Origin: Deltaproteobacteria bacterium
GTDB taxonomy: Bacteria; Desulfobacterota; Syntrophia; Syntrophales; UBA2185
DNA: 64,000 nucleotides
NCBI GenBank assembly: GCA_026388545.1
Contig: JAPLJS010000075.1
Coordinates: 9,103 to 73,102 of the forward strand
Reading direction: 5' to 3'
In this document: in pieces, positions 52,038 through 62,474 of the stretch
Layout: every line of letters starts with the position of its first letter
How positions within the stretch are numbered: the stretch's first letter is position 1
Notes under the pieces: generated by a model
What the model was told of the DNA's origin: nothing
Seen by the model: the letters and a program-made list of their open reading frames with translations, nothing else
Databases searched by the model: none
Translations under genes and position numbers: made by a program

Positions 52038-53261
52038 ATGGGAAGTAGTACTTCTGAGAAAAAGCGTTTAAGATACCTCCATCTAAGATCATCACATGAA
52101 GCTCTGGAAGTGTTGAGAAAGATCGGTGTGGATCCATACGGGATCGAGGCAATGCTGCCAAAGATGATGCATCTTAACATATTACTTGAGGATATTAAGT
52201 GTAATGTCGCGAATATTATAAAACAAGAAATGCTTTCTATCGGAGGAGATGCGGCAGTTTCACGCTCTTCAGTTTCATGCAGCGTGAAGGAAACGGATGT
52301 CGTTATCATGGGTACAATAAAGCAGATCCTGCGATTTTCAGATAAAATATCGGTTCAACCCTTAGGATTGAGCAATATATCAAAGGACATCAAACAACTC
52401 CTATCCAATATTTCAAAAGACCTGTTTATTCTCAAGACATGTAAAAGGGGAATGGTCTTAGGAAACCGTACTCAGCTTATGGGTATACTTAATGTGACCC
52501 CTGATTCATTCTCCGACGGCGGACTCTTTAAAGTTCCGGAAGATGCTATAGAATACGGTATTAGAATGGTGGAAGAGGGTGCAGACATAATTGATGTGGG
52601 AGGGGAATCTTCGAGGCCGGGAGCAGAAGCAGTGTTAATTGAAGAAGAAATAGCAAGGGTAATTCCAGTAATAAATAGCTTAGCAAGCCGTGTAAGCGTT
52701 CCGATTTCAATTGACACAACAAAGGCAGAGGTTGCCAAAAGAGCTATTGAAAACGGTGCAGAAATTGTCAATGATATAAGTGCTATGAGTTTTGATCCAC
52801 GGATGTCAGATGTAATTGCCGATACGGGAGCTGCAATTATTCTTATGCACATGAGGCGAACTCCTCTTGACATGCAGAAAGGAGATTTATCGTATAAGTC
52901 TCTCCTTGGAGATATTATTGAATATTTGAGAGAAAAAATGGAAATAGCTTATATGGCCGGCATATCTATCGAAAATGTTATGATCGATCCCGGTTTTGGT
53001 TTTGGGAAAAATGGAGAAGACAATATCAAGTTATTAAAATATCTCTCAGAGTTCAAGGTGCTGGGAAGGCCTATTGTAACAGGTGTATCACGGAAATCTT
53101 TTATTGGCAAAATAACGGGGGGCGGACCTTTGGAGCGTTTAGAAGGAACTGCTGCTGCAGTGACGGCAGCCATCTTGAATGGGTCAACTGTTGTCAGGAT
53201 ACATGATGTGAAATATATGAAAAAGGTCGCTAAAATCGCCGATGCAATTGTAGGGGCATAA
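52038..53261 (+). CDS. folP: dihydropteroate synthase with a ~147-aa N-terminal extension
   Basis: The pterin-binding domain starts at MGILNVTPDSFSDGG (ATG 52479) and continues with IIDVGGESSRPG and GFGFGK. The in-frame upstream 147 codons are open and protein-like. Confidence 0.85.
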   Translation: MGSSTSEKKRLRYLHLRSSHEALEVLRKIGVDPYGIEAMLPKMMHLNILLEDIKCNVANIIKQEMLSIGGDAAVSRSSVSCSVKETDVVIMGTIKQILRFSDKISVQPLGLSNISKDIKQLLSNISKDLFILKTCKRGMVLGNRTQLMGILNVTPDSFSDGGLFKVPEDAIEYGIRMVEEGADIIDVGGESSRPGAEAVLIEEEIARVIPVINSLASRVSVPISIDTTKAEVAKRAIENGAEIVNDISAMSFDPRMSDVIADTGAAIILMHMRRTPLDMQKGDLSYKSLLGDIIEYLREKMEIAYMAGISIENVMIDPGFGFGKNGEDNIKLLKYLSEFKVLGRPIVTGVSRKSFIGKITGGGPLERLEGTAAAVTAAILNGSTVVRIHDVKYMKKVAKIADAIVGA

Positions 53262-53303
53262 TCTTGTTGATTTCGTAGCGAAATGTGTAAATTGGATTGA
53301 AAG

Positions 53304-53681
53304 ATGATTTATGGAATAGGAACGGATTTTGTCGAAGTTTCAAGGATTGAAAAAATCCTGCAAAAATGGGGAGAGAAATTTACCGGGAGGGTATACTCAA
53401 AGGGCGAAATAGATTATTGTCACAACAAGGCTTTCCCCGCGATGCACTTTGCAGCACGGTTCGCCGTAAAAGAGTCTTTTCTGAAATCTCTTGGCATTGG
53501 ATTGGGCATGGGGGTAAAATTAAGAGACATTGAAGTTATTAACAACTTACGGGGAAAACCGATGCTGAAAATAAATGAAAGAATAGAAGGTATCATTGAT
53601 AAATTCGGTATAACCGCCATACACATAAGTATAACTCATACAAAAGAACACGCGCACGCTATAGTTGTTCTTGAGAAGTGA
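53304..53681 (+). CDS. acpS: holo-[acyl-carrier-protein] synthase
   Basis: 125-aa ORF. MIYGIGTDFVEVSRI...FAVKESFLKSLG...ISITHTKEHAHAIVVLE is typical of AcpS. Confidence 0.9.
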   Translation: MIYGIGTDFVEVSRIEKILQKWGEKFTGRVYSKGEIDYCHNKAFPAMHFAARFAVKESFLKSLGIGLGMGVKLRDIEVINNLRGKPMLKINERIEGIIDKFGITAIHISITHTKEHAHAIVVLEK

Positions 53682-53749
53682 AATAAACCACACAAGGGTT
53701 AGGCTTACGCTGGAATGTTGGTTTTATTGTCTCATATGTCTTAGAAAAT

Positions 53750-54238
53750 ATGAATGAAGATACCTCACATATGACTGTGATTTCCCGGAATCCGGAAGAA
53801 ACTATTTTTATAGGAAAGATCATAGGAGAAAATCTTAGCATCCAGGATGTAGTTGCTCTCATTGGTGAGTTAGGCGCAGGGAAAACGTGCCTTACACAAG
53901 GTATCGCCCGCGGTGTCGGAGTACCGAATCTGTACCCGATAACAAGTCCCTCATTTACACTGATAAATGAGTACCAGGGAAGAGTGATCCTCTATCATTT
54001 TGATCTGTATCGATTAACAGGATCTCATGACATTGAAGATATGGGATATGAGGAGTATCTTTTTGGAGACGGAATTTGCGTTATTGAATGGGCAGACAAA
54101 ATTAGAGATATTCTTCCCATTAATACTTTATTTATTTCCTTAAAGTATCTTAATGAAAATGAGAGGGAAATGATTTTATCTGGAAAAAAGACAAAAGTGG
54201 ATCATATTTTTACTGCATTTAAAAACGGAGGATTTTAG
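53750..54238 (+). CDS. tsaE: tRNA threonylcarbamoyladenosine biosynthesis ATPase TsaE
   Basis: 162-aa ORF with P-loop LIGELGAGKT, then SPSFTLINEY...YHFDLYRL and EWADK. Confidence 0.85.
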   Translation: MNEDTSHMTVISRNPEETIFIGKIIGENLSIQDVVALIGELGAGKTCLTQGIARGVGVPNLYPITSPSFTLINEYQGRVILYHFDLYRLTGSHDIEDMGYEEYLFGDGICVIEWADKIRDILPINTLFISLKYLNENEREMILSGKKTKVDHIFTAFKNGGF

Positions 54239-55462
54239 TTGATGGCTCTTGTCGTACAAAAATACGGTGGCACATCAGTTGCCGATATTAATAAAATGGA
54301 GAGTGTGGCCAGAAAAATAATAAAATCAAAAGAAGAAGGAAATGACGTTGTCGTTGTAGTATCGGCCATGGCTGGGGAGACAGACAGGCTCATACAATTA
54401 GCTCAAAAAGCGGCTGATGAGCCCGATGAAAGGGAATTTGATTCACTTGTTTCAATAGGAGAGCAAGTTACTATCACCTTACTATCAATTATTTTAAACA
54501 AATTGGGATATAGGTCAAAATCTCTGCTGGGTTTTCAGGTCAAGATACTTACTGATCAGGCTTATAAAAAAGCGAGGATTATAAAAATAGACACAAACAA
54601 AATAGCTAAAGAACTTAAAATGGGAACCATTGTCGTTGTTGCCGGCTTTCAAGGTGTAGACGAGGAAAACAATATTACGACCCTCGGAAGAGGAGGTTCC
54701 GATACTAGCGCTGTTGCACTCGCAGCAGCTTTGAAGGCAGATGTCTGTGATATATATACTGATGTTGACGGGGTTTACACAGCGGATCCAAACATATGCA
54801 GTAAGGCAAGAAGGTTAAGTAAGATTTCCTATGATGAAATGCTTGAGATGGCAAGGGCAGGGGCTAAAGTACTTCAGCCCCGCTCAGTAGAATTGGCGAA
54901 AAAATTTAATGTGCCTGTTTGTGTAAGGTCTTCTTTTTCTGATGGAGGAGGTACACTGGTGACAAAGGAGGATGAAGAAATGGAAAGAGAAGTAGTATGT
55001 GGGGTAACATATGATCGTGATCAGGCGAAAATCACCGTAGTTCACGTTCCTGACAGGCCGGGTATTGCAGCTCGTCTATTTACACCATTAGCACATCATA
55101 ATATCGTGGTTGATATGATTATACAGAACGCAAGCATAGAAGCTTATACAGATTTAACGTTTACTGTCTCACGTAAAGACATCAAGAAATCGTATGAGCT
55201 CATTGAAGAAGTAGCAAAAGAAATCGGTGCAAAAAAGATAGAAATTGATGATGATGTGACTAAAGTATCCATTATCGGAGTGGGAATGATTAGTCATTCA
55301 GGAGTTGCTGCCAAGATGTTCTCGGCTTTATCCGGGGAAGGAATAAATATATTGATGATCAGTACTTCTGAGATTAAGATTTCATGCGTTATACAGGCAA
55401 AATATACAGAACTTGCCGTGTCAGCCCTGCATGATGCTTTCGGTTTGGATAAAGAGCGATAA
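54239..55462 (+). CDS. lysC: aspartate kinase (with two C-terminal ACT domains)
   Basis: [38 protein letters not shown] and a C-terminal ACT repeat. The start is TTG at 54239 or ATG at 54242, with GGAGG upstream. Confidence 0.9.
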   Translation: MMALVVQKYGGTSVADINKMESVARKIIKSKEEGNDVVVVVSAMAGETDRLIQLAQKAADEPDEREFDSLVSIGEQVTITLLSIILNKLGYRSKSLLGFQVKILTDQAYKKARIIKIDTNKIAKELKMGTIVVVAGFQGVDEENNITTLGRGGSDTSAVALAAALKADVCDIYTDVDGVYTADPNICSKARRLSKISYDEMLEMARAGAKVLQPRSVELAKKFNVPVCVRSSFSDGGGTLVTKEDEEMEREVVCGVTYDRDQAKITVVHVPDRPGIAARLFTPLAHHNIVVDMIIQNASIEAYTDLTFTVSRKDIKKSYELIEEVAKEIGAKKIEIDDDVTKVSIIGVGMISHSGVAAKMFSALSGEGINILMISTSEIKISCVIQAKYTELAVSALHDAFGLDKER

Positions 55463-55483
55463 CCATGACGTAAGTTGTATTAA

Positions 55484-56059
55484 ATGAGTATGAGCATAAC
55501 AGGTAAACAATTTGACGGAGCAATCGTCATAGTTGTCATGACGGCAATTATATATATAATTGCTTATTATTTTCCTCTTTTTCAACCTCGAATATGCCTC
55601 ATTCCTTTTGGAGATAAGACTTCTGGCCCCATAATCGTTGAAATCATCGGTGATCACGTGCATAACGGTATTTATCATATGGGCGAGAAAGCAAAAGCCT
55701 ACGATCTTCTCTTTGCAGCCGGAGTCAGAAATCTCGATGGGTTTGATAAAAAAAACCTCAATACAACGCTTTCATCTGGTAAATCAGTTTTTATAGAATC
55801 AGGCAATCAACTCAATATAACAGAAATGAACAATGCAAAAAAGCTGGCATGCAATATTCCTATAGATATCAATAAAGCCTCACTTGATGATCTCATTATG
55901 ATTCCCGGAATTGGTGAAAAGACGGCATGGCAGATAATTCAATTAAGAAAAAAATATGGAAGCTTTAAAAAAATTGATGATTTGATGGCTATACGCGGCA
56001 TCAAGGAGAAAAAAATTACAAAATTGAAGGGGTATTTCTATATAGATCAGATTTCGTAA
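55484..56059 (+). CDS. comEA: ComEA-family helix-hairpin-helix DNA-binding protein
   Basis: 191-aa ORF with an N-terminal TM. The C-terminal INKASLDDLIMIPGIGEKTAWQIIQLRKKYGSFKKIDDLMAIRGIKEKKITKL is a tandem HhH. Confidence 0.8.
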   Translation: MSMSITGKQFDGAIVIVVMTAIIYIIAYYFPLFQPRICLIPFGDKTSGPIIVEIIGDHVHNGIYHMGEKAKAYDLLFAAGVRNLDGFDKKNLNTTLSSGKSVFIESGNQLNITEMNNAKKLACNIPIDINKASLDDLIMIPGIGEKTAWQIIQLRKKYGSFKKIDDLMAIRGIKEKKITKLKGYFYIDQIS

Positions 56060-56104
56060 AACTAAAGGACATTATTCGCCTGTCGAACTAATATTATCGT
56101 TTCT

Positions 56105-56740
56105 TTATCTGAATTTATCGAGGTAACTCATTACCCTTCGGACATATACCTGTGTTTCACGGTAGGGGGGGATTCCCCGGTGCCTAATTACTGCATTCTC
56201 GCCTGCATTATAGGCTGCAAGAGCTAATGGGAGATTGCCGTTAAAGTAATTCAATAGATACCGAAGATATTTTACACCACCTTCAATATTGTTTTCGGGA
56301 TGGAAGGAATCCTTCACCTGCAGAGAAGATGCAGTTGCCGGCATCAATTGCATTAGACCCTTGGCGCCTTTACGAGAAACTGCCCTGTGATTGAAATTTG
56401 ATTCCGCCTTGATGATTGCTTTAATTAAGGCGGGTTCTACATTATGCTTTTCCGATGCCTTTATAATAAGGTGATCATAACTTGATATATTGTCTCCTAA
56501 CTTTTTATCCAAAAGGATACGCTTCTCTCTCATGACAAGAATGTATTTAGCACCGGCGTCAGTCGGTACATTGGTTAAATGGACAACACCCTCTGCGTCA
56601 ATGTATTTGTATATATCAGCAAGGGCGGAAGAGGGAAAGGTTAAGAGTATGGCCAATGACGTCAGGACGAAAAATCGCATGGTATCCTTATCTTTGATCA
56701 TTTGGGAAATAATATAAAATATGATTCTGATGACCACCAT
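56105..56740 (-). CDS. lytic transglycosylase (SLT domain) with DUF4124-like N-domain
   Basis: 211-aa ORF with a signal peptide and DIYKYIDAEGVVHLTNVP. The SLT catalytic region reads LIKAIIKAESNFNHRAVSRKGAKGLMQLMPAT...AYNAGENAV. Confidence 0.8.
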   Translation of the reverse strand: MVVIRIIFYIISQMIKDKDTMRFFVLTSLAILLTFPSSALADIYKYIDAEGVVHLTNVPTDAGAKYILVMREKRILLDKKLGDNISSYDHLIIKASEKHNVEPALIKAIIKAESNFNHRAVSRKGAKGLMQLMPATASSLQVKDSFHPENNIEGGVKYLRYLLNYFNGNLPLALAAYNAGENAVIRHRGIPPYRETQVYVRRVMSYLDKFR

Positions 56741-56872
56741 GACTTCATATACTACTACACGAAAGCTTTGAATTCAAGTATTTAATTCAAATATTCTTTA
56801 TTTTTCATTATTCTTGACAGTGGCTGGGCATGGTGATAATGATAACAATTAATGAAATTATTAATCATGTGT

Positions 56873-56949
<77 letters not shown>

Positions 56950-57176
56950 TTGAATATTTAGAGAATTCATCTGTTACTGTAATTTAATATCGTTCACTTT
57001 TAAATCACATATAAAATTCAAAATCCCTTGACCTCAATGATATTATCCCCATCGCGAATAATAAAATTTTATTGTCTTGATAAATTTCTTAATTATCTAT
57101 AAAAACCACGCGTTAAAATATCCATAGTACAGGTTAATGTTATATAATATTTTCACATTATTTAATTCTTTTTATT

Positions 57177-57878
57177 ATGCTGAAAGTAAAACAATTCCGT
57201 CATAATTTAGATAATTTAGGTTATCTTATATACGGACAAAATCAAGCTATTGCCATTGACGGCGGTGCAGTTAAAGAAATTTGCGCTTTTATTGAAAACC
57301 GGAAATTAGAGCTTCTTTTTGTTACGAACACACATGGACACGCAGATCATACTATCGGGAACATCTCTCTTCTCCATGAAACACATGCTCGACTTTTGCG
57401 ACATGAAGAAATTGTTAACATGGGGGCGATAGAATTAGAGAAACAAAAAATTACCATCTATAATACCCCCGGACATACAGATGATTCCGTATGTTTTCAT
57501 TTTGATGTCAGCTTAATTACGGGAGATACACTTTTTAATGGCACCGTCGGGAATTGTTTTTCGGGCAATTTGAAAAATTTCTATCAATCAATAAAAAATA
57601 TTATGAACTTATCACAAGACACGATAATTTATCCTGGCCATGATTACGTGCAGGACTCGATGCAGTATGCAAGAGCTATCGAACCGGATAACAATGATAT
57701 AGAAACCTTTTTGAATAATTATAACCCGAATCATGTTTTTTCAACATTGATGGAGGAGTTAAAAGTTAATCCTTACCTTCGTTTTAATGAGAATGGTATT
57801 ATCGATCTTTTAAAAAAGCATGGTCTTCCTTGGAAAACTGAATTGCAGCGATGGCAATCTTTGATGGCAATGGAATAG
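57177..57878 (+). CDS. MBL-fold metallo-hydrolase (hydroxyacylglutathione hydrolase-like)
   Basis: 233-aa ORF with VTNTHGHADH, TPGHTDDS and YPGHDY. The C-terminal NPYLRF is typical of glyoxalase II. Confidence 0.75.
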   Translation: MLKVKQFRHNLDNLGYLIYGQNQAIAIDGGAVKEICAFIENRKLELLFVTNTHGHADHTIGNISLLHETHARLLRHEEIVNMGAIELEKQKITIYNTPGHTDDSVCFHFDVSLITGDTLFNGTVGNCFSGNLKNFYQSIKNIMNLSQDTIIYPGHDYVQDSMQYARAIEPDNNDIETFLNNYNPNHVFSTLMEELKVNPYLRFNENGIIDLLKKHGLPWKTELQRWQSLMAME

Positions 57879-57903
57879 TCAACATGAGAGTCAGATTATT
57901 TTT

Positions 57904-58845
57904 TTATCTCAGTGTTAGACGATATGATTTTACCTTCATTACGGGATTGTACGATTTTTTAGATTGAGCAAGATTAGGAAGGTTCATATCGCTTTCCTTG
58001 TTGATATACTTATAGCCTTTAAATAGGTGCTTAGAACATTCATTATCAAGGAATTGATAGAGCCCTTTTATATGAGGGTAGGCCTTTTCAAAATTAAGCA
58101 CTCCCATATTATCTGTAAGGATTGAGCTGATTCCAAAAGCACTTACCACACTATCTATACGGATAAGAAGGCCCCTAGCCTCCAAAGTATCTATATTGTT
58201 CAGAGCAGCTGTTGTTGCCATCTTTTCACAGGCAAGGTCCTCATTCTGATCCAAATCACACTTGCGCAAATCGCACCATTCTTGCAAGAAATTCAGACAA
58301 TCCTTAACGTTATCTGGACTTATCATTTCTATCTCAACTTTGCCTCTCTCAAGGTATGTCTTGTAAAACTGGTGGATCAAATTCCTCTGCTTAATGTATT
58401 TATTTCCCTTCAAGTGCACAAGATCTTCCGTCAGATAAATGTAATCATCGAATTTTGTCTGTGCAATCACCGTGAAATAGAATTCAATCTCTTTGCGGTC
58501 GTACTTCAGGAGGAAATCCTCCGGTATGAACCAGTAGCTTGAAAATCCAAGTTTCTTTGCAATAACAAAAAGATATTCAGGTGTAATTTTCTCTGTTGGG
58601 GATATTGGCAGAATAAGATGGTTATCTTCAGGTTTGTTGTATGATTTGTTGCCTATAATTAATGTGTTATTTTCTATGGTATAATGAGCGATAAGCTTTG
58701 GGTTGCTCCATACAATGAGCGATAAAAGTGAATAGGTACTTAAACGGTTTTGTTGATTCTCAAAAAAAACCTTCAGTTTTTTATAATCCGTAACGTCTAA
58801 TTGTTTTAATATCATAAAGAATTTAAGTAATAGTGTGAAGCTCAA
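57904..58845 (-). CDS. DUF2156-like protein (related to the C-domain of lysyl-phosphatidylglycerol synthases), function unknown
   Basis: 313-aa ORF. The family call rests only on the general layout I recall. The likely start is the internal Met (MILKQLDV, at 58815). Confidence 0.5.
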   Translation of the reverse strand: MSFTLLLKFFMILKQLDVTDYKKLKVFFENQQNRLSTYSLLSLIVWSNPKLIAHYTIENNTLIIGNKSYNKPEDNHLILPISPTEKITPEYLFVIAKKLGFSSYWFIPEDFLLKYDRKEIEFYFTVIAQTKFDDYIYLTEDLVHLKGNKYIKQRNLIHQFYKTYLERGKVEIEMISPDNVKDCLNFLQEWCDLRKCDLDQNEDLACEKMATTAALNNIDTLEARGLLIRIDSVVSAFGISSILTDNMGVLNFEKAYPHIKGLYQFLDNECSKHLFKGYKYINKESDMNLPNLAQSKKSYNPVMKVKSYRLTLR

Positions 58846-59068
58846 GTCGAAGTTTCAATAAATTTAGCATGATAATATTTCTAAAGTAATATAAAATGTA
58901 TGATCTTCATGTCAAGCCTGATTACAAATATATCAAAATTCCTCATGAATGTATTATAAAAGCATGGTGATATTAAAAAGATCAATATTGACGATGCAAA
59001 TAAAGTAAGTAATGAGAATCGAAAGATGGCGTTGTAAAAATGGAGATGGTCAGTTCTATAAATAGCCG

Positions 59069-59097
59069 TTGACATTCTACCATGTAATGAATATATA
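59069..59097 (+). promoter_or_regulatory. sigma70-type promoter for tRNA-Leu(UAG)
   Basis: TTGACA (59069-59074), a 17-nt spacer, then TATATA (59092-59097), about 20 nt upstream of the mature tRNA 5' end. Confidence 0.45.
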
Positions 59098-59116
59098 GAA
59101 AAGATTAGCCTAATGA

Positions 59117-59203
59117 GCGAGAGTGGCGGAATTGGCAGACGCACTGGACTTAGGATCCAGCCCGCCTGAGCGGATAGGGGTTCAAATCCCCTCTCTCGCA
59201 CCA
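59117..59203 (+). tRNA. tRNA-Leu, anticodon UAG, CCA encoded
   Basis: Acceptor GCGAGAG/CTCTCGC. Anticodon stem CTGGA/TCCAG carries loop CTTAGGA. There is a long variable arm, T arm GGGGT TCAAATC CCCTC, discriminator A and CCA. The track ORF 58881-59249 (-) is a shadow. Confidence 0.9.
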
Positions 59204-59250
59204 GATATGACGAAGAGAATATAAAAATAATTAAAGAGGTTGATATCACC

Positions 59251-60555
59251 GTGTCGGAAACTACAATGGCTGTAAGAGTAGAAGATGTAAGTCCTGTACA
59301 AAAGAAGCTGTTATTTGATATTTCATGGTTAGAAGTTAAAAATGAACTCGAAGCAGTTTACAAAGATGTGGGGAAAAAAGCCAATGTTAAAGGCTTCAGA
59401 CAGGGAAAAATACCAAGGAATATTTTAGAATCTCTCTATAAAGAATCTGCTGAAGAAGAAGCAATATCTAATCTCATAAATAGATATTATTGGGAAGCTT
59501 TAAAAGAAAATAATATTGCTGCCGTTGCTCAACCAGAGATAGAGCAAGAGGGAATAGAAGCGGAGAAAAATTTCACTTTCACCGCAACCGTCGAAGTTGA
59601 ACCAATTATTGAACCAAATGGTTATATCGGTCTTGAGCTTGAAAAAGAGGAACACGAAGTTGGGGATTCCGACGTTGAGACGAGACTCCAGGAAGTTCGT
59701 GAGATGTTCAGTACTATGGAAGAGATGGAAGCCGACAGGGGAATAAATGAAGGTGATTTTGCTGTCATTGATTTTGAAGGTACCCTCAATGGGAACCTCA
59801 TTAAAGAGATGAAAGCAGATAATTATCTTTTGGAAATCGGCTCGAAAACATTCGTGCCCGGTTTTGAGGAAAAAATGATAGGTATGAAAAAGGGTCAGGC
59901 GGAACAAATAAAAATTAAAATGCCTGATGATTATCATGCGAAGAAGTTGGCGGGAGAAGAAGTCGTATTTTCAGTACTATTAAAAAATATAAAAGAAAAA
60001 ATATTGCCTGAAATTGATGAAAAATTTATTCATAATTTTGATAAATATGAGACATTGGATGATCTAAAAAGAGATATTAGAAAGACACTCGAAGAGGAAA
60101 ATATTGCCAGGTCAAATTCGGCTTTCAAAAATCAGATAATTGACAAACTATTGAAAAAAAATGAATTTGAAGTGCCGCTGTCATTCGTAAATAGACAGGT
60201 CTCATACATGATCGAGGATATGCAAAGAAGGATGGCTGCGCGAGGTATCAAGCGCCAGGAGGCATCTGAACTATACGATAAATTTTATCAGATCTATAAA
60301 GATGAAGCCAAGAGGATTGTAAGAACGATCCTTCTTATGAAAAGCATTGCTGAGAAAGAATCTATTACCGTATCTGAACAGGAAATTGACGAGAAGATTA
60401 AGGAACTCGCCAATCAACGGGCACAAAGCTATGATTCTTTAAGAAAATCTTTAGAAGAAGGCAATATGATCGAAGACATAAAAAATGAAATTATCAATAC
60501 AAAATTATTTACCTTCATAGAAGACAAAGCGAAAGTAATAATCGCTAAAAAATAA
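59251..60555 (+). CDS. tig: trigger factor
   Basis: 434-aa ORF with a GTG start. It has an N-terminal ribosome-binding region (...GFRQGKIPRNILE), a central FKBP-like segment and a position immediately upstream of clpP-clpX. Confidence 0.9.
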   Translation: MSETTMAVRVEDVSPVQKKLLFDISWLEVKNELEAVYKDVGKKANVKGFRQGKIPRNILESLYKESAEEEAISNLINRYYWEALKENNIAAVAQPEIEQEGIEAEKNFTFTATVEVEPIIEPNGYIGLELEKEEHEVGDSDVETRLQEVREMFSTMEEMEADRGINEGDFAVIDFEGTLNGNLIKEMKADNYLLEIGSKTFVPGFEEKMIGMKKGQAEQIKIKMPDDYHAKKLAGEEVVFSVLLKNIKEKILPEIDEKFIHNFDKYETLDDLKRDIRKTLEEENIARSNSAFKNQIIDKLLKKNEFEVPLSFVNRQVSYMIEDMQRRMAARGIKRQEASELYDKFYQIYKDEAKRIVRTILLMKSIAEKESITVSEQEIDEKIKELANQRAQSYDSLRKSLEEGNMIEDIKNEIINTKLFTFIEDKAKVIIAKK

Positions 60556-60573
60556 CAATAAGGAGGGCGAAAA

Positions 60574-61158
60574 ATGCCCTTAATTCCAATGGTAATTGAA
60601 CAGGATGGAAGGGGTGAAAGAGCCTTTGATATTTATTCAAGGCTTTTAAAAGACAGGATTATTTTTCTTGGTACGGCAATTGACGATGATGTTGCAAATC
60701 TTGTTATTGCCCAGATGCTCTATCTCGAATCTGATGATCCCGATAAGGATATATTCTTTTACCTGAACTCACCTGGAGGTAACGTTAGTTCGGGAATGGC
60801 GATCTATGATACTATGCAGTATATTAAGCCTCACGTCTGTACGGTTTGCATGGGTCAGGCAGCAAGTATGGGAGCGTTACTCCTTGCTGCTGGTGAGAAA
60901 GGGAGAAGAACTGCCCTTCCGCATTCAAGGATATTGATTCATCAACCGCTCGGTGGATTCTATGGTCAAGCAACTGACATAGATATACAGGCACGCGAGA
61001 TATTACGTATGAAAGAAGAATTAAATCATATTCTTGCAGATCTGACAAATAAACCTCTTGAGAAGATACAGAAGGACACAGAGAGGGATTATTACATGAC
61101 GTGTGAACAGGCAAAGGAATACGGCATTATCGATGAGATTATTTTAAAAAGGCAATAA
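60574..61158 (+). CDS. clpP: ATP-dependent Clp protease proteolytic subunit
   Basis: 194-aa ORF with [19 protein letters not shown] and the catalytic Ser in GQAASMGA, followed by IHQPLGG. Confidence 0.95.
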   Translation: MPLIPMVIEQDGRGERAFDIYSRLLKDRIIFLGTAIDDDVANLVIAQMLYLESDDPDKDIFFYLNSPGGNVSSGMAIYDTMQYIKPHVCTVCMGQAASMGALLLAAGEKGRRTALPHSRILIHQPLGGFYGQATDIDIQAREILRMKEELNHILADLTNKPLEKIQKDTERDYYMTCEQAKEYGIIDEIILKRQ

Positions 61159-61180
61159 AAAAAATAAAGAGGTATTTTAA

Positions 61181-62443
61181 ATGGTTAGACGGAACAAAGA
61201 TAACCAGGGAGGTCAGGGCATTTTATTCTGTTCATTTTGTGGTAAGAATCAGAATGAAGTGAGAAAGTTAGTTGCCGGACCAGCTGCATATATATGCGAT
61301 GAATGTATTGAACTTTGTAGGTGTATCGTCGAAGAAGAATGTGAACCGACTATTAATGAAGAATTCCAGAAGGGCATACCGGATCCGAGGAGCATAAAAA
61401 AGTTTCTGGATCAGTATGTAATTGGGCAGGAAAGGCCTAAAAGAGTTCTTTCTGTGGCTGTTTATAATCACTACAGGAGGTTGTTCTCTAATGTAGATTT
61501 GGACGGCGTTGAAATACAAAAAAGTAATATTTTATTGATCGGACCTACCGGGTCGGGTAAAACACTTCTCGCAAAAACCTTGGCAAAGCTTCTTAATGTT
61601 CCGTTTACCATTGCCGACGCGACAACACTTACAGAAGCAGGGTATGTGGGAGAAGATGTTGAAAACATTATACTTAGTCTCCTGCAGAATGCCGATTACG
61701 ATGTTGAGAAGGCTTCTAAGGGTATTGTGTATATTGATGAAATTGATAAGATTGCGAAGAAATCGGGAAATCCTTCAATTACAAGAGACGTTTCCGGTGA
61801 AGGGGTTCAACAAGCCCTTCTCAAGATTATAGAAGGAACGATGGCAAATGTACCACCAAAAGGAGGTAGAAAACATCCTCAGCAGGAATTTATCCAAGTG
61901 GACACAACGAATATATTATTCATTTGCGGCGGAGCTTTTAACGATTTAGAAGACATCATCTCTAAGAGACTCAATGCATCAACCATGGGCTTTGGTGCAG
62001 ATATTAAAAGTAAACGGTACAAAAAGGTAGGGAATCTTTTATCGGATGTTCGGCCGGAAGATTTGTTAAAATTTGGCATGATTCCAGAATTCATTGGACG
62101 TTTACCGGTAATCGCTACATTGAATGAATTGGAACAGGATGAGCTGGTAAGAATTCTCATTGAACCCAAAGACGCTATTACAAAACAATATAAAGTGTTA
62201 TTTGAGCTCGAGAATGTTAAACTTAAATGTACGGATGGGGCCCTCAGAGCAATAGCTAAATTATCTGTTGAAAGAAAGTCGGGTGCTCGAGGACTTCGAT
62301 CAGTTTTAGAAAATACAATGCTTGATATCATGTATGACTTACCATCTCGAAATGATGTAAGGGAATGTGTTATCACCGAAGATGTTGTTATGAATAAAGA
62401 AAAACCAATATTAATCTTTGAAACAAAATCTGAAACTGCTTAG
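61181..62443 (+). CDS. clpX: ATP-dependent Clp protease ATP-binding subunit ClpX
   Basis: 420-aa ORF with zinc-binding CSFCGK...CDECI, Walker A GPTGSGKT and Walker [10 protein letters not shown]. The pore loop is GYVGEDV. Confidence 0.95.
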   Translation: MVRRNKDNQGGQGILFCSFCGKNQNEVRKLVAGPAAYICDECIELCRCIVEEECEPTINEEFQKGIPDPRSIKKFLDQYVIGQERPKRVLSVAVYNHYRRLFSNVDLDGVEIQKSNILLIGPTGSGKTLLAKTLAKLLNVPFTIADATTLTEAGYVGEDVENIILSLLQNADYDVEKASKGIVYIDEIDKIAKKSGNPSITRDVSGEGVQQALLKIIEGTMANVPPKGGRKHPQQEFIQVDTTNILFICGGAFNDLEDIISKRLNASTMGFGADIKSKRYKKVGNLLSDVRPEDLLKFGMIPEFIGRLPVIATLNELEQDELVRILIEPKDAITKQYKVLFELENVKLKCTDGALRAIAKLSVERKSGARGLRSVLENTMLDIMYDLPSRNDVRECVITEDVVMNKEKPILIFETKSETA

Positions 62444-62474
62444 AATGAAATTATAAATTATGGGAAAGAGAATT

